Shown: one piece after another, positions 25,509 through 38,720 of the stretch | Numbering within the stretch: position 1 is the first letter of the stretch | Layout: each line of letters starts with the position of its first letter | Origin: Eledone cirrhosa | Lineage: Eukaryota | Direction: 5' to 3' | NCBI GenBank assembly: GCA_964016885.1 | Contig: OZ024743.1 | Span: 43,400,001 to 43,464,000, forward strand | Length of the DNA: 64,000 nt | Program-made: the position numbers and the translations under genes | Notes under the pieces: generated by a model | Seen by the model: only the letters and a program-made list of their open reading frames with translations | Databases searched by the model: none | Told to the model about the DNA's origin: nothing

Positions 25509-26567
25509 TATCATTAAATACAAATGAAATTTATAAATAAGTTACTAGCTTCACTTTAAATAGATAAAGCGTATGTTTCTGAATTGTGTATTATTAGAAC
25601 CCATAAAAAGTAATGCATTCGATATTAAAAAATTAAAATAAATGGGAAAAAGGATCAGGAAATACTAAATACGACGTGGAAGATAATATCAAGAAATTAA
25701 CAAAATTTATAAATGTGTAAGGACAGCTTATGACCAATCGAAATGATGTATTATAATAAACCTGCTGAGAGCAGATGATATCTGATGATGAGGTAATGCG
25801 GCCATTATTAGCACAGTAGTATTATTATGTATCAGTGTGCTGAAAGGCATTCTCAAACACTATAAGGTTCGCGCATGTGTGTATCTGCGTTTAAGCGTGT
25901 ACGTTTCTGTGTGTACCTGTGTGTCACTTGTGTAGTGGGGTAGGTGTGGCTAGGTTTCTGAGTGGACGAGATTATGAATATGTGGTTGTATGTGTATATA
26001 TTTTTATGTATATATGATACCAAAAATCGTCAGGTCAGTTAGCAGCCCGGAATGATATATAAATTAGGGAAATGAGGTCCAACTCCTATATATCAATGGC
26101 CAACGAAAGAGGTTTGGCGATAAAATGTAGCCAGGACAGATCTCTCCAAGCATGAGTGCAGCCCAATTGCTTGGACAAACAAGAACTCGCGTCCCTAACG
26201 TTAGGACCCATTACTTACTATATCAATTGTATATATCAAGCATTAAACTGATAAATACATATCTAAACAACTTACTAATATACATCTCAATGAATAATAT
26301 CTCAGAAGCTTTTCAATACAAATATAGAACTATCTCAAATAATGTTCTGAATTAAAGGAAGTTTGCAGTAATGTATTTTAAAATAAAGAAACCTTTAGAA
26401 CTCAACATTCCGAGTAACCATTCATATTTTTATTTCTTCTTAATGTAGCTTCTCTTGTTTTATTTTCGTAATTCATTATTCTTAATTTATTTAAATTACA
26501 CTCACATTTAATTTTTATAATCCTTTATAATTTTTGTAAACCATTATAACGTATTATTATTTTATTG

Positions 26568-26743
26568 GGTGGTGGATTGGCAGTGTCAGTAGAGGGTCTG
26601 ACAACATGCTTTGAAACAAAGAGTAATGGCCCTTTATAGTCTGAGTTCAAATCCCACCGAGGTTAACGTTTCCTTTCATCCTTACGGGGTCGATAAAATA
26701 CACGGGAATAATTGCTGGCCTTGTGTGAAAAGCAGAAACAATT
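26568..26743 (+). mobile_element. tRNA-derived SINE (internally deleted)
   Basis: A/B boxes, CCTTTCATCCTTACGGGGTCGATAAAATA, tail GCTGGCCTTGTG..AGAAACAATT. Confidence 0.85.
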
Positions 26744-27286
26744 ATTTTATTGTTTTATACAGTTTCTATGATCTTGTGTATTTTATAACACTCATGACCC
26801 TTTACTTTTTCACCGTCGCGCTAAGCAGTTTTCTTCCAGTGTCCGCTGACACATTAATTAATACGACATGGCATCTGCAGTGGGGGGCAGCTTGGTTCTA
26901 ATTAAGGAATAGAATTTTCTGAGAACATTAGAATTTCTGTCGCCACATTAATTTCCCCCCATATTATTTCGCCTACCAAACTACATTGTTTCTCATTGCT
27001 GCGTGTGTGAGATACGGGTGAGAAATCACAGAACCAAATCTCTGTTTGTATTCACCATACTGCTGTCATCAATATATAACTAATTGTGCAGTCCACACCA
27101 GGTGATATCGCCTACGTCGCGCATCAGAATCGCATGACGAAACTAGGCCATTGAAATATGTATAGTGTTTTCGCAGCATTAAAGCTTTAAATATTTTTTG
27201 CAGCCCGATCTTCAGTTGTTCTTCAGTTGTTTTTAAATGTACACAGACACAGACACACACACACGCAGATCCGCCCCCCCCATATA

Positions 27287-27333
<47 letters not shown>

Positions 27334-27395
27334 TTATATATGTATATATATAGCGATTTTAAATATACGTAAATGTACCAATGATTTCACACATT

Positions 27396-27442
<47 letters not shown>

Positions 27443-27484
27443 TATAAAGATATATATATGCATATATATATATATATATATTTA

Positions 27485-27753
27485 GTAATATAGCAGATTA
27501 AAGTTTAAGTAAAGAATCGCTGCTTTCACCCTTAACGGGATCTTCTCATAAATGCCAGAAGAAGCCAACAGATTCAGTGATATATGTTATTCTACTGTAG
27601 AATATATATATTTCGAATACCACAGCGATTCTTTGCTTAAATTTTAATCTGTTATTTTAATAAATATTTGATCTGGGGTTCTTATATATTTGATATATAT
27701 TTATCCTTATCGAGCGCTCTTTGGAATTTAGTCTTCAAATGTATTATTATTAC
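27485..27753. repeat. Family A fold-back copy
   Basis: CAGATTAAAGTTTAAGTAAAGAATCGCTG ... CAGCGATTCTTTGCTTAAATTTTAATCTG inverted arms followed by the family 3' end. Confidence 0.8.
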
Positions 27754-27761
27754 TATATATA

Positions 27762-27946
27762 GGCGGTGGATTGGCAGTAGTGGTAGAGAGTCGGACGCCA
27801 TGCTTTGACGTATAGAGGTATGGCCCTTGGCATTCTGAGTTCAAATCCCGCCAAAGTTAACTTTGCCTTTCATCCTTACGGGGTCGATAAAATAAAGTAC
27901 AAGTAATGCATGGGTAATTGCTGGCCTTGTGCCTAACGTAAAACCA
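27762..27946 (+). mobile_element. tRNA-derived SINE
   Basis: Family homology; TSD ATTACTATATATA. Confidence 0.9.
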
Positions 27947-27961
27947 ATTACTATATATATA

Positions 27962-30479
27962 CTAGCAGAAGTACCCGGCGTTACCCGGGTGTAAGTCGAC
28001 CTTTGGTCTGTTAGAATGTGTAAAAGTTACTTCCCGCGCATCACAGGTTCAAAACTTCGAACTTCAATGAAAAAAAATAGGTTAGTAGACACAGGTGTGT
28101 AATTTATTAATTGTAGTTACACAGTGTATCGTTGAAATTGTTCTCTGCACGACTGACGGAAGTCAAAATCGCTTGATATTGAATGTTCAGTTAATTTAAA
28201 GCAGGGTGAAAATGTCGATTACTTTCAGGTTTTTTTTTTTTACAATTTTTGCGCTCACATGTGCAGAAGAAGAATTAAAAGGGCCTTTATCTTAACCGCG
28301 GCATAATGGCGAGTCTTTTGTGACAGTTTTCAAGAATATAGGACGTTCCTGTAAAAAGTGTTCCCATGTGTAACTTTGCCTTGTTGTTTTGCGTAAAGTC
28401 GAGCCCGCTTCAGTTTCATTGATTTTTTACATCAATGCGTGATCTCTGAAGTAGATTTGAGTAGCTAAAAACCTGTCCCGGTAAATTTGCTATAGGTGAA
28501 AAAAAGTCGATCAACATTGTATCTAGGGTTATTGCCCGTTGCCACAGCCTCAAGCCTCGTCTGACGGGATGTTAGTGATTCCTCCGTTAGCGCTTGATGG
28601 CGACGAAGGCGAACATCAGCAATCCTTGTCGGACGTGATGTTGGTGACTCAACCAGCCGGGAAAGACGTCTATCAGCGAGTCGAGATTCGAGCTCAGCAG
28701 GCGTTTCCTAGAGAAAATTAATTAATTCTACTGGTTAGCTAAGCCAATGGCAGTGTCAATAGTAAATGAGAAAAGTCTAACATGAACAAAAGGGAATCAA
28801 AGTAAGACAATAAATTTAATATAACTACGATTAGAATGTTGTAGTTGCTTAAAAGTGGTGACAGTTAGGATAAACGCAGTACTTGCTAACATTAAGGGAG
28901 AATATTGCATAAAGGATTAATCAATTGTGAATGAACTCATACCTGAGAACGCCTAATTCGTTGTCTCAAAGCAGTAGCTGTACCTTTTTTGGAGGTAAGT
29001 CTTGAACGTTTCCGTGTGGGCATAACGACGTGTAACGAAGCTGTTAGGTTAGAGAGAGGTGATTAAATACAGAGAGAGAGATGACACCAGATTCGTTAGC
29101 ATGGTTAGTGGTGAATGGGAAGGTTTGGAAATATGACTACAATAACTTACCGAATTTTCCGGTCTATAAATTGCACTTAAAATAATTAAATTTAATAAAA
29201 AAAACACCTCTGCGCTTTATACTCCGGTGAGCCTTATGTATAAATAATATAATGGTAATCAATCACGGCTCTAACAGAAGTAATAGATCTAGACTAAAAG
29301 TAAAGAAGATAGCATTTTCCTGGTTGGCCTTACACGCCGTTGCGCGGACCTGATTTTAAATGATACGCCTTATATCCTGGTGAGCCTTATAGAGCGGAAA
29401 ATATCTATTGGAAAAGAATACGAATTCATGACCAAGGTGTGACAAAATAGGCGTCTATACAGCGCCTGAAACAAACTTGTCCAATACCCTAGGATTTTTC
29501 TCGTTAAGTATCCACCCAAAAGGAACCGTTTTTTAGTTACAAAAAATAACCAGTGTATAGTAGCTATATTTCTGACATATCTTGACAAAAAGAACAATAT
29601 ATTCAAAAAATGATCTAAAGTACATTCAATCTCTCTTTTTGACCGATATCTTAATAAGCAAGTTATCGATTTTTTATTGGATGTCAGTGTCTATCTGCAT
29701 GCAGGTGTGCACGTGTGCGCAATTAATTGCAAATACGCTCATAACATTTAGTCGTAAGCAGAACAAAAAAGGGCATTAGAGGTGGGTTAATAATGAAGAC
29801 ACAAACCCTGGTGAACTTACGTTTAAACACCCGAAAAGTTACTCACTTCCTGTGCAAAAGACTGTATTATAAATTAAGTAATTTTTTAGAATCTTTTGTT
29901 TAAAAAAGGAAAACATTGGTACGGAAGTAACATTTTTTACAACTTTGTATGTGTACAATACAACTTGGTCAACGTATTATTTAGTAATTTTTTTTTTCAA
30001 AAAGCATGATTATTTAAGACTGTTTGAAAATTTACCCACAGCTTTTAGCATCACAAAAGACACCATTAAATTTGGTTCCCTTTTCAGATAGGGATAATAC
30101 TGTATTTCCACTTGAATAAGGGGGAATATGAAAAGATAAACTCTTTAATGGTCGGTCGTTTACTGAGACAGCTGGGAAGACATGCAGCTGGCCGTCCAAT
30201 CAATAGCACACGTCCTTATATGGGCATATGAAATTTATTTTTATTGCGCCAGATGTAAACTAAGAGTTCTTGTGTTCGAATTCACATAAAATTTCATTGG
30301 AATCGAAAGACATTCTGTCATAGGGCCCGATTATCGATTTTTCGAAAATTTCAAGTAGCCTATTCCACTCTACGCGTTGAGTTTTATATATGTGTGAGGT
30401 TTCATGAACATTGGATGAACGGTGTAGCATGCAAGTTGGAGACACCAAACAATGTCCATCTTCCCTTTATATATATAGA
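27962..30479 (-). mobile_element. Non-autonomous Helitron (2.5 kb, both termini)
   Basis: Minus strand begins TCTATATATATAAAGG at 30479 and ends with hairpin CCCGGgtaacgCCGGG + 8 nt + CTAG at 27962; inserted between A and T with no TSD. Confidence 0.8.
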
Positions 30480-31022
30480 TATATACACACATATATTGAA
30501 TGTGGTCGACAAAGTATTAAACGTTATTTAACAGATAGAACTGTCATTATTATGATACAAGGGAATGAATGAGAAGACCCACTTATTGGTCTCATCAAAC
30601 CAATATTTTATACACTTATATTGATGCAAAATTTAGATGGTGATTATTATTAAAATAATAAAGGATTTGTATTCAATTAAATCTTTTTTCTCATAGTTTC
30701 TTTCATTTAAGTTATGCGCTGCTAATTATATTTCATAGTTGATACAAAGCGTGTGTCTAGTTGAACCAATTATAGGAAATTCAGTAGGAATTAGCAATTG
30801 TTCAAATTGAGAAATAATCAGTCCTTCAGTAACATAATCCCTGTATCACTAAAAGGATGGTAATTAAAATGGTGGCCAGCTTATTCACCATGCGACGGCG
30901 ATGAAGATGAAAACGATCAGGTTGGCAACACGAATTGTGATGATGATTGCGATAACGGTGTTAATAGGTATAATGGTGATGGTGGCACTCTTTCTTGATT
31001 TACAGGTATATAATATTATAAA

Positions 31023-31195
31023 TACATGGACACACTAGAAGAGGCAGACCAAGGTTAACATATGTTGATGCCCTAAGGACAGACACTGGTCTGTTGGAGA
31101 TGCAGGATATGGCAGCGATAATGAGGGACAGAGACCGCTGGAGAGAACTCGTCCATGGATCTCGGGAATTTTACCCGCCTTAGATAGATAGATAT
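31023..31195 (+). mobile_element. RTE-like LINE 3' end
   Basis: HGHTRRGRPRLTYVDALRTDTG..MRDRDRWRELV..* followed by a (TAGA)n tail. Confidence 0.8.
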
Positions 31196-31444
31196 ATATA
31201 AAACATGAGAAGACATAATACTGCGTGGTTGCACATGGGTTACATATGATAAAAATAGTCCTTCATCAGTGATTTTCCAACCTTCATTGATATTTCTTCG
31301 CTTTAAAAATCCTATACGTCCAGTTGATGCAAGCAATAGCTAAATAAAGGTATTGGGACAAGTAAATCGCGTAAAGCGAGCGAGACATGTAAACAAACAT
31401 AGAAGGAAAGCAACGCAAAGATAGTAAGATATATATATATTAAA

Positions 31445-31608
31445 ATTAAAATAACAGATTAAAGTTTAAGCAAAGTATCGCTGCCTTCACCCTTAACCGT
31501 TAATCTGTTATTCTAATAAATATTTGCTCCGTCGGGGTTCTTATATATTTGTATATATTTATCCTTATCGACCCATCTTTGGATTTTAGTCTTCGCATTT
31601 ATTATTAT

Positions 31609-31611
<3 letters not shown>
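31445..31611. repeat. Family A fold-back copy (short)
   Basis: Inverted segment 31445-31497 joined to the forward family 3' end. Confidence 0.8.
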
Positions 31612-31648
<37 letters not shown>

Positions 31649-31690
31649 GGTTGTGTGTGTGTATGTGCGTGAGAGAGAGAGAGAGAGAGC

Positions 31691-31727
<37 letters not shown>

Positions 31728-31728
31728 T

Positions 31729-31783
<55 letters not shown>

Positions 31784-31819
31784 TATGTTTGTGTGCATAC
31801 ACGTATAACCATCTTTCCC

Positions 31820-32420
31820 CGTCGTTACGATAACTTGTTTGGCGGCAGGTCTCGTGGATGTTTCGATATTGTCGTTCCGTTTCTCCAGGGCAGATTCTTG
31901 TTTTAGAGTTCCACGCTGCTAGACACATGATCGCTTTCTTGGTGTAGTTTGTTTTAAGGTTGCACTGATATATATGCTTTTTTCCAGGAGTTTATTTTTA
32001 GTATGCTGTTACGCTGCATTGTTAGATTTATTTCTTGGTCAGTTTATGTTCTACTGGAGTTGAGTTCATCTTTCTTATAGGTAGTGATGATGTGTACGAT
32101 TTATGTGTAGTTTTCTGAGATATATGAACGGTGTTTCTATTAGGATCTCGTGATAATGATAATGGTGGAAATATTTTTTAAGATGTATGAACAATATTTT
32201 GGTTATTGTTGTGGCGACATTGTCATTGTATGGAGTATTGAACCAGTTGATTGCATGGATATAGCGGTAACTTTTATTACCTCCGTCCAGTGTAGAGTCT
32301 ATATAAATAACTTGTTTTATCTGCTCCACTCTAAGACCGCGTTGTATTATGGTACGGGCTAAAAAATATCAATTCGTTGGCAGATAAGCGGGAGATAGAG
32401 AAACCGAACGACACTATAGC
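31820..32420 (-). mobile_element. Highly decayed Naiad-like PLE fragment
   Basis: ISRLSANELIF, WFNTPYNDNVATTITK..KYF..YHEI align to RISGLSSN / WYNPEYNSSISTN..RHF..YHKI of the 773-aa ORF. Confidence 0.6.
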
Positions 32421-35408
32421 GCCACGAATAGGATATGACGGGAAACATACACATTTGAATTTACTAAGCACAACCATACACTAAGGAGGCTTTACATTCA
32501 ACCTGCCTTCAGGGAAGGTCATACACTTATTGTTCATTAAAGAACAACTATTCAACTGAAAGTTCGAACTTGTTACACACTGTATACATAAGAGATACAA
32601 AACATTACACATTTTCAAAGACTTGTATTCCCCAGGAGGGTAAGATTTTAAACTATTATTAAATGCGAACTCACACACAACCCCTCCGCAAACTTCACTA
32701 ACGACCCATACTGGTTACTAGGCACGTACTAGCACACAGCATACCTAACACACAATCATAATAAGCACAACATTCTAGTTCAAGCCACTTGGACATAGGC
32801 AGTCATAATGCTACGACACTATCCATACAGTGTCCTTAAACTAACTTACACATTAGGATTAATATGGTAAGGAGAAATATCCACATTACGTCATGTACAC
32901 AAATAAACTCAACCTATGCGCACAAACTGAACACTGCGTGTAGAATTAGATATACACTGAGATATTCGTACAAACGTCATCCACACAATACTTCTTCTCA
33001 GCTGCTAAACACATTACCTCGACTCTGGAGTTATAACACATAAAATCCTACCTACGTAATCAACTAATATACAGGTCAGTTCATATACACAAATCGCACA
33101 CAATTTCTACTCCTATACAACTAGTCTTCCATGTAGTATCAGGAATACACTATCAGTGCACGGATTCCATCAATAATATACACCTTCATTGTCGCCAAAC
33201 AAATTAACACAATTTCTTGCATCGAGGGTTATACACGCAACGACACACTCATAACGTATACTACCATGTCTACCCCGTTATGAAAACTACTAATCTATAT
33301 TGCAAACAAAACGCTTCCTGTAAAATAAGACCGACATATAATCGATATAATCACAATAGACTATTAAACACACACACAACACACTCATATAAGATATATA
33401 CAACAACACACACATACAACACACTCACGCACACATAACACACAGAGCACACACCTGAGAAAGTGCACATATAAATTACCATAACATCCAGATTGTTTAT
33501 TGAATTCTTATGAACTCTCAATGGCAATATAATTGCAATATGTCTCCCCACCAGAAAGTAAACATCTTATCAAAGGTACCCGAAACCATCACATTTGTAA
33601 CCTCCTACTGAGGAACTAGGACATCAAAATAGAATAAATACAAATAGATGAAACACCTTATACCAACATCAATGACGACACTAATTCTCTTATAAACACT
33701 TCGTGATATCTGTCGCCAGCTCTTTCTAATTATACTTTTTCCTATTTCCTCTTTCCTCATATGTATTCCCTCTGTTTACCACTATTTTCTTTCTCACAGA
33801 AACCTATTGTTTTCTACAGAGTCTCATCAGCGAGTCCTTTTCCTGATACGTCTTTGTATCTGTCAATCAAACTACTTATACACACCCGAAGAAATCCTTT
33901 CGAAAGAATACAGGTCATCGAATTGCTAAAGGTTTAACTATAGTGCAGAAAATCCTCATCATATATACGTATGTTGTTGTTGTTGTTGTTGTTACAGCTC
34001 ACACCTATGCAGGTTTAGCTGGCCTCGTCCAAGATATATCTCGACAAACAGAAAATATATTTGTGTAATTTTTGGTGTGAAAGATGATGATTTCTATTTA
34101 GAAAACGTTTAGATATACATAAAATAGCATTAGGAACTATTACTTTTTTTTAAAACAAGGCGCACAGTAAATTTAGAGAATGGGAAATGAAATTAACTTC
34201 TAATATTAGCTGAAGTCATTAAATGGGGGAAACTCTTCATACAGGACGCACTTAACGAAGTGTTCGAAAAAACATACAGCAAACAAATATAATTTATATT
34301 ATGATTACACCTTACAACCTTACAACTATAACTAATATTTGCAAGGCACACATTAGAAAGATGTTTGAGATAGAGTCAAGCCTAGAACCACATCGTTGTG
34401 TCAGGAAAAATAGGTAACAGAGAGAAAAAGGAAATATTTGCAACATTGTTGGATAAAATGAGGTGAGAACAAAATGTGAGGAAACATTGTAAAACATATG
34501 TGTGTTTATAAAGAAAACAAAAACATGAGAAACTATAAGGAACGAGGAAATATAGAAAACGAGCTGACTTCTTATGCAAATCTGCAGTTGAGATCAGTTT
34601 TGCAGGAAATAGATTAATGATTAAGTGGGTAGTACAGAAAGGAGAAACACGAAATTAATAATATTTGTTTGTCAAGGTGAAGGAGATGTTATGCTACTAC
34701 TGCGAATATACTGAACACAATGAGAGCTGAACAAACGGTTTAATGCTAAAAGATATATAGTATTAGATCAATACAAATATAAAAATACCTACACTCAAGA
34801 GAATTAAGAAGGAAAAGGAAATGTAATATAAAAGAATGCTCATACAATTTGAAAAGATACATGGAAAATTGGCAGAAATAAGGAGAAAATAGAAAAGATA
34901 TCGAGACAAATTTTAAGAGAAGAAGAAAATGGAGATGTTTGAGAGATAGATATTTGATTGTTTTGTGGAAAGAAATATATAACATAATTAATTCCATATC
35001 GAATATATATAAATCGGAAAAACAGTGTAATATTATCATATGTGTATGTCCGAAAATGAAAATATTTATGGTGAATTTATTTCCTCGGGTGTGAAAATAA
35101 TTTTTCTATAACACAATTGTCAACGAAAAAAAATGTACATAAAAGTGTTTGAATATGGTTTCTAATTTTTTTCTTGTACACCTAAAAGTATTTTTTTTAT
35201 GAATATTGTAACGAGTTTAACGATAACATATTTATAGAAACATTCCATTCATTGGTTACTTTTCCGAAGCAAATACATAATACACTCATATATTTGTTGA
35301 TTCGTTATTGTCACTGTTCAGCCTTTTGCAAACGTGCACATACACACATACGCACGAACGCATGTATATAAAATTGTATACATAGACACAAACACACACA
35401 CACACACG

Positions 35409-35476
<68 letters not shown>

Positions 35477-35479
<3 letters not shown>

Positions 35480-35681
35480 CGAAGGAAATGTGGTAAGGAA
35501 CCAGGTGGACCATAACGCACCAAAGTACTCAACACTTGAGGTAGTAGAGTGGGTAATAGGAACCAGTAAGACCCCGACAGCTGAGCTCAAGCCGTTTCGA
35601 CGGCTAATTCTGGACTCAGCTAATTCGTCCAGAATTAGCCGTCGAAACGGCTTGAGCTCAGCTGTCGGGGTCTTACTGGTT

Positions 35682-35686
<5 letters not shown>
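35477..35686. repeat. Family B fold-back repeat in (TA)n (perfect 60-bp arms)
   Basis: 35556-35615 is the exact reverse complement of 35627-35686; paralogs at 54031-54226 and 59276-59406. Confidence 0.9.
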
Positions 35687-35757
<71 letters not shown>

Positions 35758-35847
35758 GTATTTCCGTAGGAAGGGTAAGGGAAAGGACAGTGCTCTCTGT
35801 AGGCTACAGAGATATTTAATTATGTAATAAATAACATAAGGCAATTA

Positions 35848-35920
35848 TTCCATTTACGAAATGTTTCACGAAGACAGATGGGCTCAACAGAGACGTCTGA
35901 AATCGCTCATCAGAATGAAA
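35848..35920 (-). ncRNA. Type I hammerhead ribozyme
   Basis: Minus strand: TTTCATT-CTGATGA-GCGA..CAGA...TCTG..TCGT-GAAAC-atttc-GTA-AATGGAA. Confidence 0.75.
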
Positions 35921-35942
35921 ATGTAATCTCTCGATATTACAT

Positions 35943-36015
35943 TTTCATTCTGGTGAGCGATTTCAGACGTCTCTGTTGAGCTCGTCTGTCTTCGTGAAAC
36001 CTTTGGTAAATGGAA
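35943..36015 (+). ncRNA. Hammerhead copy in the opposite arm, core mutated (CTGGTGA)
   Basis: TTTCATT-CTGGTGA-GCGA..CAGACG/CGTCTG..TCGT-GAAACC-ttt-GGTA-AATGGAA. Confidence 0.55.
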
Positions 36016-36063
36016 TCATTGTCTCATGTTGTTTATTACATAAATATATATATATATATATAT

Positions 36064-37302
36064 ATTTATTAAAATAACAGATTAAAGTTTAAGCAAAGAA
36101 TCGCTGCTTTCACCCTTAACGGGATCTTCTGAAACTAACAAAGTCAATCTGTAAACGCAGAACTGGTTATTTCAAAAAACGTTGCACCCTACGTTATACC
36201 CTAAAGGATAGCACGATCTATACGTGGATATTTACGTCTTGATGTGGGAGTTAAGTATATGTTTTGTTTATTCCTTTACTTTTTGCATAGGTAAGTTTAT
36301 ATTACCCGTATGTTTCGTGAAGGTATGTATACCTTCTCGTACGTATATTTGACTGTTTTGGCGTATAATTTTTACATATTCTGGTATTTAGGGCTTGGTT
36401 ATGTGTATATGGGAGTTTTGCGTCTGCGTGAGTATGCAGGTTCGTACGTATGGTGTGTGTGTGTATATGTGTACTTCTTGTTTTAGTTGACTTACGTCTC
36501 CGAACCTTCATGTATTTATTTGTAGGTATGTGTGTGCGCTTGTTATATACGTATTTATTTACTTATATACTTATATCCGTTTATATAATTATTTATTTAT
36601 TTGTACACAAGCATACACGCATACACATATTTATATGTGCGTGGTTTTGTATACCTATGGTAAGGTTTTGCGTATGCTTGTGTATGTACGTATCTGTTTG
36701 CGTGTATGTATTTATTTGTTCCTATTACTTCTGTCTTGTATTTATTTACTTTGTTCTTAACTCCGTAGCGGAGATTCATTCGGTCTCCTAGTTAGAATTT
36801 TAGTCGACGACTTCTGCTATACCATCTACGTGGTTTTGTCTTTGCGTGCTATTGTTCTCCACGCTCCACATATGACTTATTATCTTCGTTTTTTCGTTCA
36901 TTGCCAGAGAACGTCTCTATGTACCACTTAGAGAATATTAGTCTTCGACCTCTTTTATACCATAAACGTGGTTCTGTCCTTGCACGTAATTGTTTTTCAC
37001 CGCTCCTATTAATGACGTATTATTCGTTTTTTCCCGTTCTTTGCCAGCGAACGTCACCATGAACCAAAGTATCGTCTTCCTGTCTTCCTCCGGTTGCAAC
37101 GTTTTTTTGAAATATCGAGTTCTGCGTTTACAGATTGACTTTGTTAGTTTCAGAAGATCCCGTTAAGGGTGAAAGCAGCGATTCTTTGCTTAAACTTTAA
37201 TCTGTTATTTTAATAAATATTTGCTCTTCGGTTCTTATATATTTGATATATATTTTCCTTATCGAGCCCTCTCTGGATTTTAGTCTTCAATTTTATTATT
37301 AT

Positions 37303-37306
<4 letters not shown>
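36064..37306 (+). mobile_element. Family A: 5'-truncated PLE 3' region with inverted pLTR fragment
   Basis: 36064-36186 is the reverse complement of ~37095-37221; the interior starts with TLYPKG (similar to a PLE ORF end), then a GT-rich UTR and a ~110-bp imperfect duplication; flanked by (TA)n. Confidence 0.75.
37146..37196 (+). ncRNA. Hammerhead-like motif with atypical core CAGAAGA (mirror copy at 36086-36136, minus)
   Basis: AGTTT-CAGAAGA-t-CCC/gttaa/GGG-t-GAAAGCA/gcgattctt/TGC-TT-AAACT: all three helices form. Confidence 0.65.
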
Positions 37307-37348
<42 letters not shown>

Positions 37349-37365
37349 ATATATGTGTGTGTTGG

Positions 37366-37513
<148 letters not shown>

Positions 37514-38266
37514 TGTCCAAAATAAGAATGACCATAGTTCCGACTTAATTTTATTTTAAATTTTAGTTATATATAAGGTTTGCTAACTAAAGACAGATGG
37601 ACCACCATCCACATGGAAATATTCCACTGCTTTTCTTTATTATTTTGGGGGTAATCGATGCAACATTGTTACCACAATGAATGGGATAGCGCAAATACTG
37701 GGTTTTGTATGTTATTTGTAGAATTAATTTAAATCATACTTGTGATACCGCTCTTAGACATGAGTATAGCCTGTAAATTCTTCGATTACAATTAAACGAT
37801 TTTGGTAACAGTTTACATTATATAAAAGATAAAGTTATTAATGTGAGGTGTAACGGCAACATTCGAAAATACTTAGCCTATTGTCGCTCTACGATAGGGA
37901 CAATTTTATATATAAATATATAAGCATGGGTGCAATGGATCATGTAATAGTGTCTGTCCTATCAAAGCTACTATTATTGCTAACCAACATAGAAATATAA
38001 TTATTGGAATGGAGTAAGTGTTAGTAAATTCATTACGGAGTCAACATTAGCGTTATTCGCCGCCTGTTGCCGTCAGTTTAGTGGATAATATCTCAAAGTA
38101 TTCTGAATCATGTAAACATTGAGAAGATGACAGTGATTGTGACGTTTCCTGAAGGTTTCAGCTGCTATATACCTATTTATTAATGTGGAAATAAAACATC
38201 TTTTATTGCAATTAAATCTTAAGTTAAGCGGATTAACTCAATCATATTTGACACTCAAATAATAAT

Positions 38267-38450
38267 TGTCTCTACCTTAGGTACAAGGCCAGCAAATACC
38301 CAGTGCATTACTGGTACTTTATTTTATCGACCCCGTAAGGATGAAAGGCAAAGTCAACCTCGGCGGGATTTGAACTCAGATCGTAAAGGGACGTAACTAT
38401 GCTGGTAAGCATGGCGTCCGACCCTCTACTGATACTGCCAATCCACCAAA
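38267..38450 (-). mobile_element. tRNA-derived SINE
   Basis: Family homology; TSD ACTCAAATAATAAT (38253-38266 / 38451-38464). Confidence 0.9.
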
Positions 38451-38489
38451 ACTCAAATAATAATGCCGAAATTCGACCACGAAGAGAAC

Positions 38490-38720
38490 TCTGGTAAAAG
38501 GTCGTAACATGACAAGACGAGATCGGGTCAGGAACGTCGAGATCGAGAAATTGATGAACACAAGACGAACCTGTCATCAAAGAAAATGTTCCATCAACAA
38601 AGAATACGATGGTTGGGACACGTCACTATAATGACACTCTACCAGTCAGCCTTTTGAACGTGTAACACAAGGTTGTCTGACCACATATCCAGATGCTAAA
38701 CTTGGAAGAAGTAAATTAAT
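38490..38720 (+). mobile_element. Old RTE-like LINE remnant
   Basis: TRRDRVRNVEI...QQRIRWLGHV motifs in shifted frames. Confidence 0.55.

Larger units (their letters stand above)
35820..36043. repeat. Family C fold-back (~108-bp arms), hammerhead in each arm
   Basis: 35820-35927 is the approximate reverse complement of 35936-36043; paralog at ~63780-63930. Confidence 0.9.
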
